Shown: piece after piece, positions 52,321-64,000 of the stretch | Numbering within the stretch: the stretch's first letter is position 1 | How the letters are laid out: every line of letters starts with the position of its first letter | Assembly (NCBI RefSeq): GCF_006345805.1 | Contig: NC_042997.1 | Location: 114,080,001 to 114,144,000, forward strand | Direction: 5' to 3' | Length of the DNA: 64,000 bases | Source: Octopus sinensis | Lineage: Eukaryota | Notes under the pieces: generated by a model | Database searches by the model: none | The model's input: only the letters and a program-made list of their open reading frames with translations | Told to the model about the DNA's origin: nothing | Position numbers and translations under genes: made by a program

Positions 52321-52864
52321 TCAAATTATGATGAAAGTAAACAAAGTTTGCTTTAGGAGCGTTGAGATATATGGAAAGATACAGAAATAGTTAATTCTCA
52401 AACACAGAATAATGCTAACAGAATAGCAGGAACAGGATAAAAATTTGCTAGCAGCCAACCATGAAATTTGAACTCACATCCCTGTGATTACTGGTCAGAG
52501 TGCTTTACTGTTAAGTTAAACTGCCCTCTGACAAATTGATCTGCAATCTTTGAGCTTATAAGACACTGATGTTAAATTCAAATTACGATGAAAGTAAACA
52601 AAGTTTGCTTTAGAAGCATTGAGATGTATTCAAAGATACAGAAATAATTGATTTTCAAAATGCAGAATAATGCTAACAGAACAGCAGGAACAGGACGAAA
52701 TATCCACATTATTGCAGAAAAATGCACTACAACCGGTAATTACAGGGATGTGAGTTTGAGTCCCTTGGCTGGCAAATTTTTCTGCAAAAATATGGATATT
52801 TTATCCTGTTCCTGCTATTCTGTTAGCCTTATTTTGCGTTTGAGAATTAATTATTTCTGTATCT
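52321..52864. repeat. Composite direct plus inverted repeat
   Basis: 52321-52441 repeated directly at 52578-52700; 52377-52494 inverted at 52733-52864. Confidence 0.85.
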
Positions 52865-53549
52865 ATCAATATAGTCATTTTAATGTCTATCTATCCATGC
52901 TTTCATGGGTCTGGCAAAAAATTCATTGAGGCAGTGTTTCTATGGCTGAATGCACTTGCTGGTCTCAACTGTCATTTTTTCCAAACTAATTCATGTTTTC
53001 CCTTGTCATTTGAACATGACCAGTGCAGTGGGCAGACATGTTTTCCCAGAATATTGTAAATGAATGACACCACTTGTATGACAGGGATGTCTGTTTACAT
53101 GTAATGTACGTTGTCAAGACAAGATGTACACATATGCACACTGACACATACACACACTTTTTCTCTCATGCACAAGTATACACATACATACAAATGTATA
53201 CACATATATACACACACACATATATATCATGTAATCACATTATCAACCAGACTATTGGTTGTTATACATCACTGGTCACAATGCACTTTGCATCATGTTA
53301 GCTTTGATATGATGCCACCTTGCTGGCTAAGTGAGGAGGCCAATGTTCCTCTTGATCAGAGGGCTATTCCATCACAGGGTGTCCTATTTACGGCTGAGTG
53401 TACTACAGCAATATAAAATGACGTGTTTCACTCAAGAACTCAACACAGCAAATCTGGGGATCGAAACCACGATTTCACCATTGTGAGTGCAATACACATA
53501 AGCACTAGGTCACACACATAATAAATATACACATACATAGTATACATAA

Positions 53550-53707
53550 GTGCAGGCGTAGCTGTGTGGTAAGAAGCATGCTTCTCAACCACATGGTTCT
53601 GGGTTCAGTCCTAACTGCATGGCACCTTGGGCAAGTGTCTTCTGCTATAGCCTCGGGTCAACCAAAGCCTTGTGAGTGGATTTGGTAGACGAAAACTGGA
53701 AGAAGCT

Positions 53708-53764
<57 letters not shown>

Positions 53765-53980
53765 TTGTGTGTCTGTGTTTGTTCCCCTGCCATCACTTGA
53801 CAACCGATGCTGGTGTGTTTATGTCCCTGTAACTTAGTGGTTCGGCAAAAGAGACTGATAGAATAAGTACTAGGCTTACAAAGAAGTCCTGGCGTCGATT
53901 TCTTCAACTAACACCCTTTAAGGCAGTGCTCCAGAATGGCTGTGGTCAAATGAGTGAAACAAGTAAAAGAATAAAAGAAT
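53550..53980 (+). mobile_element. SINE family A
   Basis: Head, CORE-like domain, (TA)n, tail. Confidence 0.85.
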
Positions 53981-56421
53981 AAAAAATATATACACACATA
54001 AATGCACATGCATAATACATGCACATTGCACTTGTACACAATGAGCTTCTTTCAGTTTCCATCTACCAAATCACACTCACAAGGCTTTGGTAAGCCTGGG
54101 GCTACAGCTGAAGACACTTGCATGAGGTGCCATGCAGTGGGATTGAACCTGAAACATGTGGTTCCAAAGCAAACTTCTTTACATCACAGTCATGTCTGTG
54201 TCATGTATCTATTAAATTAAAAACAAAATCAGAAAAATGCCAAAACCAAATCTTGTTCTCTGTTGATGTCCCTTAAGGCATTTGTTCTACTTTGAGTTCC
54301 AGACACTTTGTGAAAAACACTGCAACCCTTTGATTGCCTCATGGGAGCAATCTAACAAATGTTATTGTTCAATGGTGATATAAATAAATAAACCTCTGTT
54401 GACGACTCTTTTATGCCTCTTGGATCTATAAAAATACCAATGGTATAGTGGCGGTGTTGGTTCAATTGATTTTACAGCTCGTCTCGGGGTGTATGGCGTT
54501 GTGCCAATCTCAGAAATCAGTATTTGTCTAATTGTAAACATTTCCATATATGAGACGCATTAAGAAATAGATTGGAGCAAGGATGATGATGGTGGTGGTG
54601 GTTACCAATCATTGATAATTTTCCATGTCATTGAGCAAATAAGATTTATGGGAATTAGAGGTGTTCATCAGTGTAATAAAAGAGTAAAGATTACATTGAT
54701 CTGAAATATATTGTTGTTTAACCCCAAGCCGGCCATGACTGAACAGATTTATGATCAAAGAAATTCCAGCCATGACCTTGCCTGTCTATTTTTCAGACAT
54801 TGTGTATCAAGGACTATATTTTCCAATATGACCTTCATGTTCCTTTTTTTTTAAGTTAGTGGGATGTGCTTTGAGGGAGACTTGACTGTTATTTCTAGTA
54901 CTCCAGTGATCTCAGAGATGCTTCCTGGTTGATTTCTGGGTGTGTTAGGTAAAAAAATGTTGTTAGCAGGTAGGGCAGAAAGATTAGCAGAAACTCAAAA
55001 TAGAGCTGCTGCAACCAGATCAGATTTTTATGAATGGTAGGCCTCACAGGATGAAATTTAGGATTGGAAAGATAAATAGAGGTTGCTATGTTGACCTCCC
55101 AGAGCCTGTAAGTATGAGAAAAGCGGATGTTGAGCTGGTGATAATGTCAGGTTTTTTTAAAGTACCTAATACAGTTTTTTTTTGTTTGTTTTTTACATAC
55201 TCGCAGTGACTAACATCAGCTTGCTGGGTAAAATTACTAAGAATTATTTGGAAATTTTATCTCTGTCAGTTCTTAGTGAAACTTTCTGATGTAAAACTTA
55301 TTGAAAATTTTATAATAAGGTTTTATTTACACCATGATAGAAATAATAAAAAAAAAAATTAAATATTTCTTTTAAGGATTTTGTATCCAGGAATTATGAG
55401 AGGAATTCAGCTAGTACATTAACCTGGGCTCGAATTGCCAAGGAGTGGCATTTGACTATCAATGGGGGGGTCTCATCTTAAAAAAAGAAACCCCTCATGG
55501 GGCCCCAAAAGAGTCTTATTATACCTTGCTAATTTTTTCTTTGAAGCCTTGCATGTATTCACCCTTCTGTTACTAACTAAATGTAACTTTTGTTTATGTA
55601 AAGACCACCTTAAAGAAAGAAAATTCTTTAGAGCTATATTTTAGTCATCCATGTGTAAAGAGGAATCACATATTTAGTAATTATGTGGCAATATAGCTTT
55701 AGTATTACTAAATATATGTTGTAAAGAGGAAGGAAGCTTCTTAAGTCTCTGCTCTTAAGCTCTGAGACATCATCAAAAGGAGGAATGCTCATTGGGAGAA
55801 GACAAAGACTTCTGTTATATTGTGTTGGCAATCCTGTTTTTCTATAGGCTTCTTTTAAATTGCTAAAGATATAATGTCTGGGTATTGAACCATTTATATG
55901 AACCATCTGAAATAACACACGCACACACACAAGGAAACAGCAAGTACTAAAATTAGGTTTTTTCGAATGCCTGCTCAAAATATCGTTGAACTATTTTAAC
56001 ACTATTTAAAAATACAAACTGGTCAATGCAGCTGTGGCTTTGATTTCAGATTAGTATTGAAAGTATTTCAATAGATACAGAAAAACATTTCAGCTTTCCC
56101 ATATGTTGGTCTTACTCTAGTTAACATTGTATTGTTAGATGCAGATATTTTTTTTTATGGCAAAAAGTTATAATTTTAGGTAAATTTCTAAGAAATTAAC
56201 TCATGCTTCACCAATTCTGTGAGTGTGCAATTTCATTGTTGTAGTTATTCTTTTTTTTTTCCATGTCATACTTATGCATCATACACCCACGGATGTGTAT
56301 GTTATGTAGTATGTATATGTGTCATTTAACACTCATTTTCCATGTTGTCATGAGTGTGTGTGTGTTTTGTCTATCTGTGTCTTTTGCTCTCTCTCTCTGT
56401 ATGTGTGTGTGTGTGTGTGTG

Positions 56422-56466
<45 letters not shown>

Positions 56467-56646
56467 TATATATATGCTTGGTGATGCAAACAGGAAAATG
56501 AAGCTCAAGACATGAGTGTATCTTTTATTAATAATCTGTTGAAGTTAGTGACTCAAGAGCCAAGAGTTTCATGCGTTGGCACTTTTCAGACACTTGAAAC
56601 TCTTGGTCCTTCAGTCACTTTATAACTTTTTGTGTGTGTATCTGTG

Positions 56647-56958
56647 TGATCATCATTGTTGTTTAACGTGTGCTTTCCATGCTGACATGGGTTGTACAGT
56701 TTGATTGAGAACTGGCAAGCCAGGAGGCTGCACCAGGCTCCAATCTGATTTGGCAAGGTTTCTACAGCTGGATGCCCTTTCTAATACCAACCACTCCAAG
56801 AGTGTAGTGGGTGCCTTTTACGTGCCACTGGCACAGGTGCCAGTCAGGCGGCACTGGCATCGGCCATGCTCGAATGGTGCTTTTTATGTGCCACCAGCAC
56901 AGGTGCCAGTCAGGCAGCAGTGGCATCAGCCACGCTCAAATGGTGCTTTTTACGTGGC
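56647..56958 (-). mobile_element. RTE 3' UTR fragment with internal repeats
   Basis: Family motif. Confidence 0.8.
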
Positions 56959-57573
56959 ACACACACCAAAACTACATCACAATCTGCATTACAATTTAGT
57001 GTATATAGCACATCTAAGCTACATCACAAAGACTAAGGTTCCACTCCAAGGATGGAATAAACTTCAGCCTCGATCAGCTGTTGACCTACAAAATTAATGT
57101 ACAGTTTACAGTGTGAAAATTGTTCACACATCTTGGGTGGTGCATTTGTTACTGTACATATAAATGTTCTAAACCATATCCAAAAGAAAGCTGTTTGGCT
57201 GCCTATTCACTCAGTAACACAACTACAACCACTTTCTACAGCTACAGACAGGTTCCTTCTTTCTGTTGTGTTGTTAGCACAACCGTGTTTTCTCTTTTGA
57301 ATTAACTCACTGAAAGCCTTTCTAGCTGAACTCACTTCATCATCCTTTAATGTCCAGTTTTCGATGCTTGCATGGGTCAGATAGGATTTATTGAGTCAGA
57401 TTTTCTGTAGCCAAATGACCTTCCTCTCATGAGCCTTCACCTGTTTCCATGTAAGGTACTAACTTCCCCATGGCCAGATATGATTTTTATGAAGACTGGA
57501 TACAACATCATATTGTATGAATGATAGTGATGCTTGTTTATAGCTGTCATGTGTTGTCAAGACAAGAGTGTGT

Positions 57574-57617
<44 letters not shown>

Positions 57618-57802
57618 TTGAAATTTATTGAAAAATCTAAGACGAAGAAGACAGGTGTATGAACAACAAGCAAGTTTATTTGTTTGATGTTTGGGAAAAA
57701 TGAAAGACTTCTTTGTTTCAAGCTTATGCTCTTCAACAGAAAATAAGAGAAAATAAACAGAGAAAATGAAAAAAAAATTTGTAGTTTTCAGCAGTCATCC
57801 AG

Positions 57803-57851
<49 letters not shown>

Positions 57852-58615
57852 CTAGGTTATTTCAGTTTCCTTCCTCAAAATTGACTCATAAGGCTTTGGT
57901 CACTCAGGGCTCTAGCAGAAGAAACTTGCTTAATATGTTGTGCAGTGGGATTGAACCCAAGTTCAAGTGGTTTGAAAGCAAGTTTCTCAAATATGCATCA
58001 CACCTATGCCTGCGCCTACTTATTACACTTATTTCTATTTTCTATCATCCTCATTTTGACTCTCAAATAGATTTTACAGTAAAAAAAATTACCCAATCAG
58101 TTTTTCAGAGAACTACAATTTTCAGGAAGTTCCTTATTGCTTGGTGTTTTTTTTTAAATATCTTTTTTTTTTTTTGGTCTTATTGTGGTTGTGACATAGA
58201 ATAGTTTGACCTAAATGTTAATCACATGGCTCTCATTAGTCTTGGTGGGGTCTGAAAATGTCATGCACATTGCCTCCTCCACTTCTAATTAACTAATTAT
58301 AAAACTAACAATTATATGTCCAGGAACCTACAGCCACCTTAACACATTCCAGAACATTACACCCCACTCCTGGAAAAAACCCTCGTGTTATATCAACTGA
58401 TCCAGATAAACACAAAAGCATGAAATATAACAGTAACCACGTTACTCATAGTCAACCACGTTAGTCATAGTCTTGCACTCCTTAAAATACTATTTTTATT
58501 ATCTTCCTAGGGTTTGCAAAATGGCAAAAAAAAAAAAGTTCTGGCTTCTGAGATTTGAAAGATTTCAGTTAATTAAATTTAAAGTTTATTAAATTAAAGT
58601 GGAACATAAATTCTT

Positions 58616-58974
58616 GGTTCCGGGTTCAGTCCCACTGCGTGGCACCTTGGGCAAGTGTCTTCTACTATAACCTCGGGCCGACCAAAGATCAAAGCCTTGT
58701 GAGTGGATTCGGTAGATGGAAACTGAAAGAAGCCCGTCGTATATATGTATATGTATATATATGTGTGTTTGTGTGTCTGTGTTTGTCCCCCCCCCCAACA
58801 TCGCTTGACAACCGATGCTGGTGTGTTTATGTCCTCGTAACTTAGCAGTTCGGCAAAAGAGACCGATAGAATAAGTACTAAGCTTACAAAGAATAAGTCC
58901 TGGGGTCAATTTGCTTGACTAAACGCAGTGCTCCAGCATGGCTGCAGTCAAAATGACTGAAACAAGTAAAAGAA
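58616..58974 (+). mobile_element. 5'-truncated, apparently young SINE family A
   Basis: Near-consensus with CpGs retained. Confidence 0.85.
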
Positions 58975-61330
58975 TGTTAATTTTTATTTAATGCCATCAT
59001 TATTTATCATCAGCTTTTCCTGTGCTATTGTCATGTAAAAAGCGTTCATGTTGGTGCCGCATAAAAGGCACCTGCCAGTTCCACGTAAAGGGCACTCATG
59101 CTGGTGTCATGTAAGGAGCACCAAGTACACTCTAAAGTAGTTGGCATTAGGAAGGGCATCCAGCTGTAGAAACCATGTCAAAACAAACAAACAAAGCCAG
59201 TTGGACATGGGTCAATGTGATTGGCTTGCCTCATCCTCCCAAATATTGGGCCTTGTGCCTATAGTAGAAAGGATTTCTAATACACATTAGATAATGTAGT
59301 CTTTGATTTTCCCAGCAAAACCATGGGATGTTCAGGATGGCTGGAACGCTTTTGGTACGTAAAATCTTCTTGATCAGAGCTGATTTGGGGTTAGACAACA
59401 TCATCAGTGATGATAGAATAACAGGTATTTTGGCAGAAAAGGCCATAATTTGTGGAGGAAAGATTAAAATTTTGGGACATGTGGTTGGTTCTCTTATTTA
59501 CTTTTATGTGTTAATGTGATGTGAAAATTTTAGGTTTTCTTTCAGAATTAATCAGCTAAAAAAATAGGTGCAGATATGTTTATAGATGGCTTTGTGGTTA
59601 AGAAGCTTATGTCCCAACTATGCCACTGTGTGGCATCTTGGGCAAGTGTCTTTTACGAAAGCCCTGGTCTTGTGAGTGGATTTGGAAAATGGAAACTGAA
59701 AGAAGCCCACTATATATGTGTGTACCTTTGTCTTGACATCATGTGATGATTGTAAACAAGCATCACCATCATACACGTGATGTTCTTTGTTTCTAGTCTT
59801 CCATGGAAAACATGACTGACAATGAGACAATATTACCTTACTTGGAAACAAATGAGGAATGGCATCCTGCAGTCGAAAATCTGCCTCAACAAATCGCATC
59901 TGACCCATGCAAGCAGTGAAAAGTGGACATTAAAGGATAGTGATGCTGATGTTATTTAATATTTGATAATAGGCTTCAATGGAATTTACGCATCCTGCCA
60001 TAACAAAACCTTTTAATTTGGTCTTTAAAATGTTTTTAATTTTATTATGGAAGAATAAAACACTGAGGTTTGAATTTTGTCTCTCGACACATTGGAAACC
60101 TTTTAGTTTTCTTTTAAAATTAGTCGGCTAGATAAAATAAAGTTATTGCATTGAAACTAAAGATTGTTTTTTAATTTGAAAAATGTATATAATGTTTTGA
60201 GAATAACAGACTGTTATTATAGGTTATTGCTATAATTTATATCTCTTTCTGTTTTAATTCAATTTTATATTTTTTTAATCAATTTAGTTTTTCACTTTAA
60301 AAAGACAAATTGCCAAAATTGCTTTTATATATTTATGCATAACTTCAATTGCTTACCAAAAAAGTTATTACTGCAATAATGATTAAAAATTATCTTTTAG
60401 AAATACTTTCATTATTTATGGAAAAAAAAAGTAAATTCATAATTTAGCTTTAATCAGATAATCATCGAACTGAAATGCTTTATCAAGAAGCTTGTCTTTA
60501 CTTGTCCAGTCTGAAGAGATTTCTGAAACGAGCTTCTAGTGTGATGGTCTTTTTTTTTTCTTTTTGTGTGAGATATTTACAGTTTAATTCATTAAACAGA
60601 TGACATGCCAAAAATATTTCGCAACTGGTATTGTCAATATTATGACGATTATCACGAAGATGGTTGAGCTGACAGAAAAAATATTCTGTAACATTTCCTC
60701 CAACTCTGTATGACCTGAGTTTAAATTCCACTGAGGTCAACTTTGTTTTTTAATTTTTTTTTGGGGGGAGATCGAAGTATTGGAGTTGATACTGATTTGC
60801 CTCTCTTCCAAAATTGCTGGCCTTGTGCCAAAATGAGAATTATGATAGCAAGCTGGACAAAATACTTAGTGGCATTTCTTTTGATTCTTTACATTCTGTG
60901 TTCAAATTCCACTGAGGTTGGTTGGTCCTCAACCTTTTGAAAAGGGGCAGGGGTGTCAATAAAATAACATGGTGTTGGGGTGGGGTATGTAATTGACTAA
61001 GCCTATCCCCTTATAATTACTTGTCTTCTGCCAGAATTATTATGATTATCATGGCATACTCTTCTTTCTTTCTTTACCCTTTTACTTGTGTCTGTCACTA
61101 GACTGATAGGGCACCGCCTTGAAGAATGTTTGGTCAAATAAATCGACCACTTTTTTTAAAGACTGGTGCTTATTCTGTTGATCCCTTTGGCCGAACTGCT
61201 AAGTTATGGGGACTTCAATGTTATATGCCATTTCTGATGCTGACTGTATTTTGAAACAAAGCAGATCTTCACTATTCACTCACTGCACTAGAAATTCAAA
61301 TTCTTTTCAGTTGTTTATCATAATTCTTAG

Positions 61331-61377
61331 ACACCCATTCTCAAAGAAAACTACTTTGTTGGCATGGAATTGTAAAG
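61331..61377 (+). CDS. Weak candidate exon (xTHSQRKLLCWHGIVK in phase 1)
   Basis: ttgtttatcataattcttag| ... AAG|gtgaca; phase-compatible with 50306-50372 but otherwise unsupported. Confidence 0.2.
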
Positions 61378-61584
61378 GTGACATCTGCTTCACTTATAAG
61401 CAAGATTTGTATCAATGAAAACATCTGTTTGTTAAACTTGACATTCTATAAAGATCTATATTAGATCATTTTAAGTTAAGTAAAAATGGTGGTGATGGGG
61501 GTGGGGGAGGTTGTCTTGTCAATTCTACTTTGTTTTGGTTTTAGTTTTACAGAAAATATGTGTAGTTGCACAGAGAATATGAGT

Positions 61585-61950
61585 ATCATCATCATCATTA
61601 TCGTTGTTTAACATCTGTTTTCCATGCTGGCATGGGTTGGACAGTTTGACTGAGGACTGGTGAGCCAGAGGCTGCACCAGGCTCAATCTGATCTGGTAAA
61701 GTTTCTACAGCCTGATGCCCTTCCTAACGCCAACCACACCGAGGGTGTAGTGGGTGCTTTTTATGTGTCAGCGGCACAAGGGCCAGTCAGATGGTACTTG
61801 CAATGACCACGCTCAAAAGGTGTTTTTTTACATGCTACCTGCACAGGAGCCAGTCTGGCGTCACTGGCAATGACCACACTTGAATGTTGTCTTTCACGTA
61901 CCACTGGCACATGTGCCGGTAAGGCAACACTGCCAACGACCACGCTTGAA
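61585..61950 (-). mobile_element. RTE 3' UTR fragment with internal repeats
   Basis: Family motif. Confidence 0.8.
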
Positions 61951-62434
61951 TGTTGACTCATAGATAACTAAAACAATTGGTGAAGGCATGTTACATGCTA
62001 CTGAGTCATACTTGGTTGTTTGCTTGTAAGTGATGGTTAAGCTTTGTGTGTATGTGTGAGATATCTATAGGTGAGTTGGCAGAATTGCTAGCATTCCAGG
62101 TGAAAAGCTTAGCAGTATATCATCTGTCATTACATGTTGAGTTCAAATCCTACCGAGGTCAATTGAGCCTTTCGTCCTTTCAGGGTTTATAAAATATATA
62201 CCAGTTGAGCACTGGGGTCGATGTAACTTAACTATCCCATTGTATGAGTATATAAAAAACTGCGTCTAACTGCCTTGTTAAGCCAGTGTGGCAGAGTAGA
62301 TTCATCAAACCAGTAAGATCTCAAACTCAGATTCTCAGCCTCCTCATTAGACTGTGGTTTGTGGAGAGAACTTGTTGAGGTCTTCACCCTGCAGTGAACT
62401 GAACATAGGCAATTCAATCCAATATATATATATA

Positions 62435-62940
62435 CTAGCAGTATCGCCCGGCGTTGCTCGGGTTTGTAAGGGAAATAACTATATAAGCATTTTTAGAGAG
62501 TTACTTCCCTTATAAATTCGGGCTTTCTTAGCCATTTTTGTTTTGGTGTCTTCAAGCCATGAAGTCGTTGTTCTAAAAGAACGCTGGTTTCCTTCACAAC
62601 GCATTACGACGTTGATTTCTTTACACTCCCTTCCCCACAGCTTCACGAGGGAAGGAAGGGGGAGAAGCAAACAGGTGCAGGTGTGACCATGGACGCCAAC
62701 TCCGCCGCCATCGACACACGATGCATTTTATGCATTAAAATGGAATAAAAAATGATGTTAAATTATTTTTAAAATCGTAGACTCATCGTAGACGCGCGCT
62801 AATACCCAGACGGGCTCGATATGAATCACGACTATAAGATACCCGAATTTGGTTAAACTGCACCGCAAAATGTGGGAGGAGTTAGGAATCTAAATCGAAG
62901 GGGACAGACACTCACACAACTAGAGTTTTATATATATAGA
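62435..62940 (-). mobile_element. Non-autonomous Helitron with canonical ends
   Basis: - strand reads A|TCtatatatataaaactc ... cccgagcaacgccgggcgatactgCTAG|T: TC start, subterminal hairpin, CTAG end, A/T target. Confidence 0.88.
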
Positions 62941-64000
62941 TATGCATATGTACATCGATTTTCCACATTTTCTGCTTGTACTGTGAACCTTATCCACTCC
63001 AAGTGATGAGATAATTATTCCAAGTAATCTAATATCATATGTTAGTATGGAAGGTTTGTGCAGTTTGAAATAGTAATTAATAAGTTTCATAAAAAAAAAA
63101 AAAAATGATAAGAGTAAGATTTTAATGTGTTTGAATGTTTCTGAGTTTAGAACAGACCAGTTCGCTATGCTAAAAATGTAAGAAAATAAACAAATTTTTT
63201 TTTTTATTGGAACTGGTCAAAATGAGTTACTGTTTTGGGTATTTATTTAGTTAAGCATGTTTTTGGTATTGAGACAAGATAAATGAGAAGTTGTGCTTGA
63301 AGTTGATGTTGTGTTAATGCAAGAGAGGTTAAAGAATGTCTACCTGCAATGGTTTCTAAGTTGTGTAAGCTGTGATGGCTTGTGGCTGTAAGTTATGCAT
63401 CCATTTGCATATTCATGTAACTTGTCAAAGTTGGTTTTGTGTAGAGAGAAAAGAGAGGTGTAACTTGTGATAGTTGTTGATAATACTACAAACGTCTTAT
63501 GGTTAATAAAGCTGTTAACTCTTGATGTATCATGGCTGAATTTACATAATTTCTCCACTGGCAATGTAATTAATAGGTGAAGGTGTATGGCAGGGGTGAG
63601 GAAACCCCCACTCATGGGTGCAATTGCGCCTGCGAGCACATTCTATTGTGCCCATGGGCCAATATACTTGTATGTACAAAATATAACTTATTCAATTATA
63701 AAATTTATACAATATGTATATGCCTATTTTGACATAGGTCACATTTCTACTGCAACTTAAGATGGCTAGACTCGAACAGAAAATTGTCCGGTAATTGCCA
63801 TTTGAATGGAAATTTTGCTTTCACTATAAAACATATATTACTAGGTTTGTACCACCCCCTTGTGACCCAACTACATTAGCATAAGTAATATAAATGTCCT
63901 AAATTCAGTGGCGGTGTTAATGAAGATGTTACGTGTTAATTGAATGTGTTAAACTTATCTTTATTAATGTATATCAAATTATACATAGATACATACAAGA

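Noticed and set aside
54970-55037. Short frame RAERLAETQNRAAATRSDFYEW
   Set aside because: Poor polypyrimidine tract; unsupported
55634-55978. 114-aa minus-strand ORF with an acceptor-like site before ATG GTT CAT
   Set aside because: No recognisable homology, no convincing donor, and length within chance range for this window
63340-63639. 99-aa minus-strand ORF
   Set aside because: No recognisable domain; could be a decayed TE but cannot be assigned

Overview
AT-rich, repeat-dense eukaryotic genomic DNA. The SINE, LINE, MITE and microsatellite content looks like an octopod cephalopod (inferred from repeat content, not a database match). I found no long intact ORF; nearly all ORF-track entries are microsatellite or repeat read-throughs. 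Supportable content: (1) many tRNA-headed SINEs of three families, one with a CORE-like domain; (2) degenerate non-LTR retrotransposon fragments from four lineages: RTE, a HERO-like element, an R4/Dong-like element in (TAA)n, and a CR1/Jockey-group reverse transcriptase; (3) non-autonomous DNA transposons with readable TIRs and TSDs: six hAT-type (8-bp TSD), a Merlin-like element, TTAA piggyBac-type elements including a self-nested pair, and three Helitron-type elements; (4) a probable promoter at about 17.7-17.9 kb (ETS and CRE motifs), followed by a CpG-retaining domain of about 17 kb and weak candidate + strand exons of an unidentified long-intron gene. The most interesting unexplained signals are hammerhead-ribozyme-like cores in short microsatellite-embedded elements, an 860-bp foldback whose arms contain complementary microsatellites, a perfect 32-bp-arm palindrome, and two pre-miRNA-sized hairpins.
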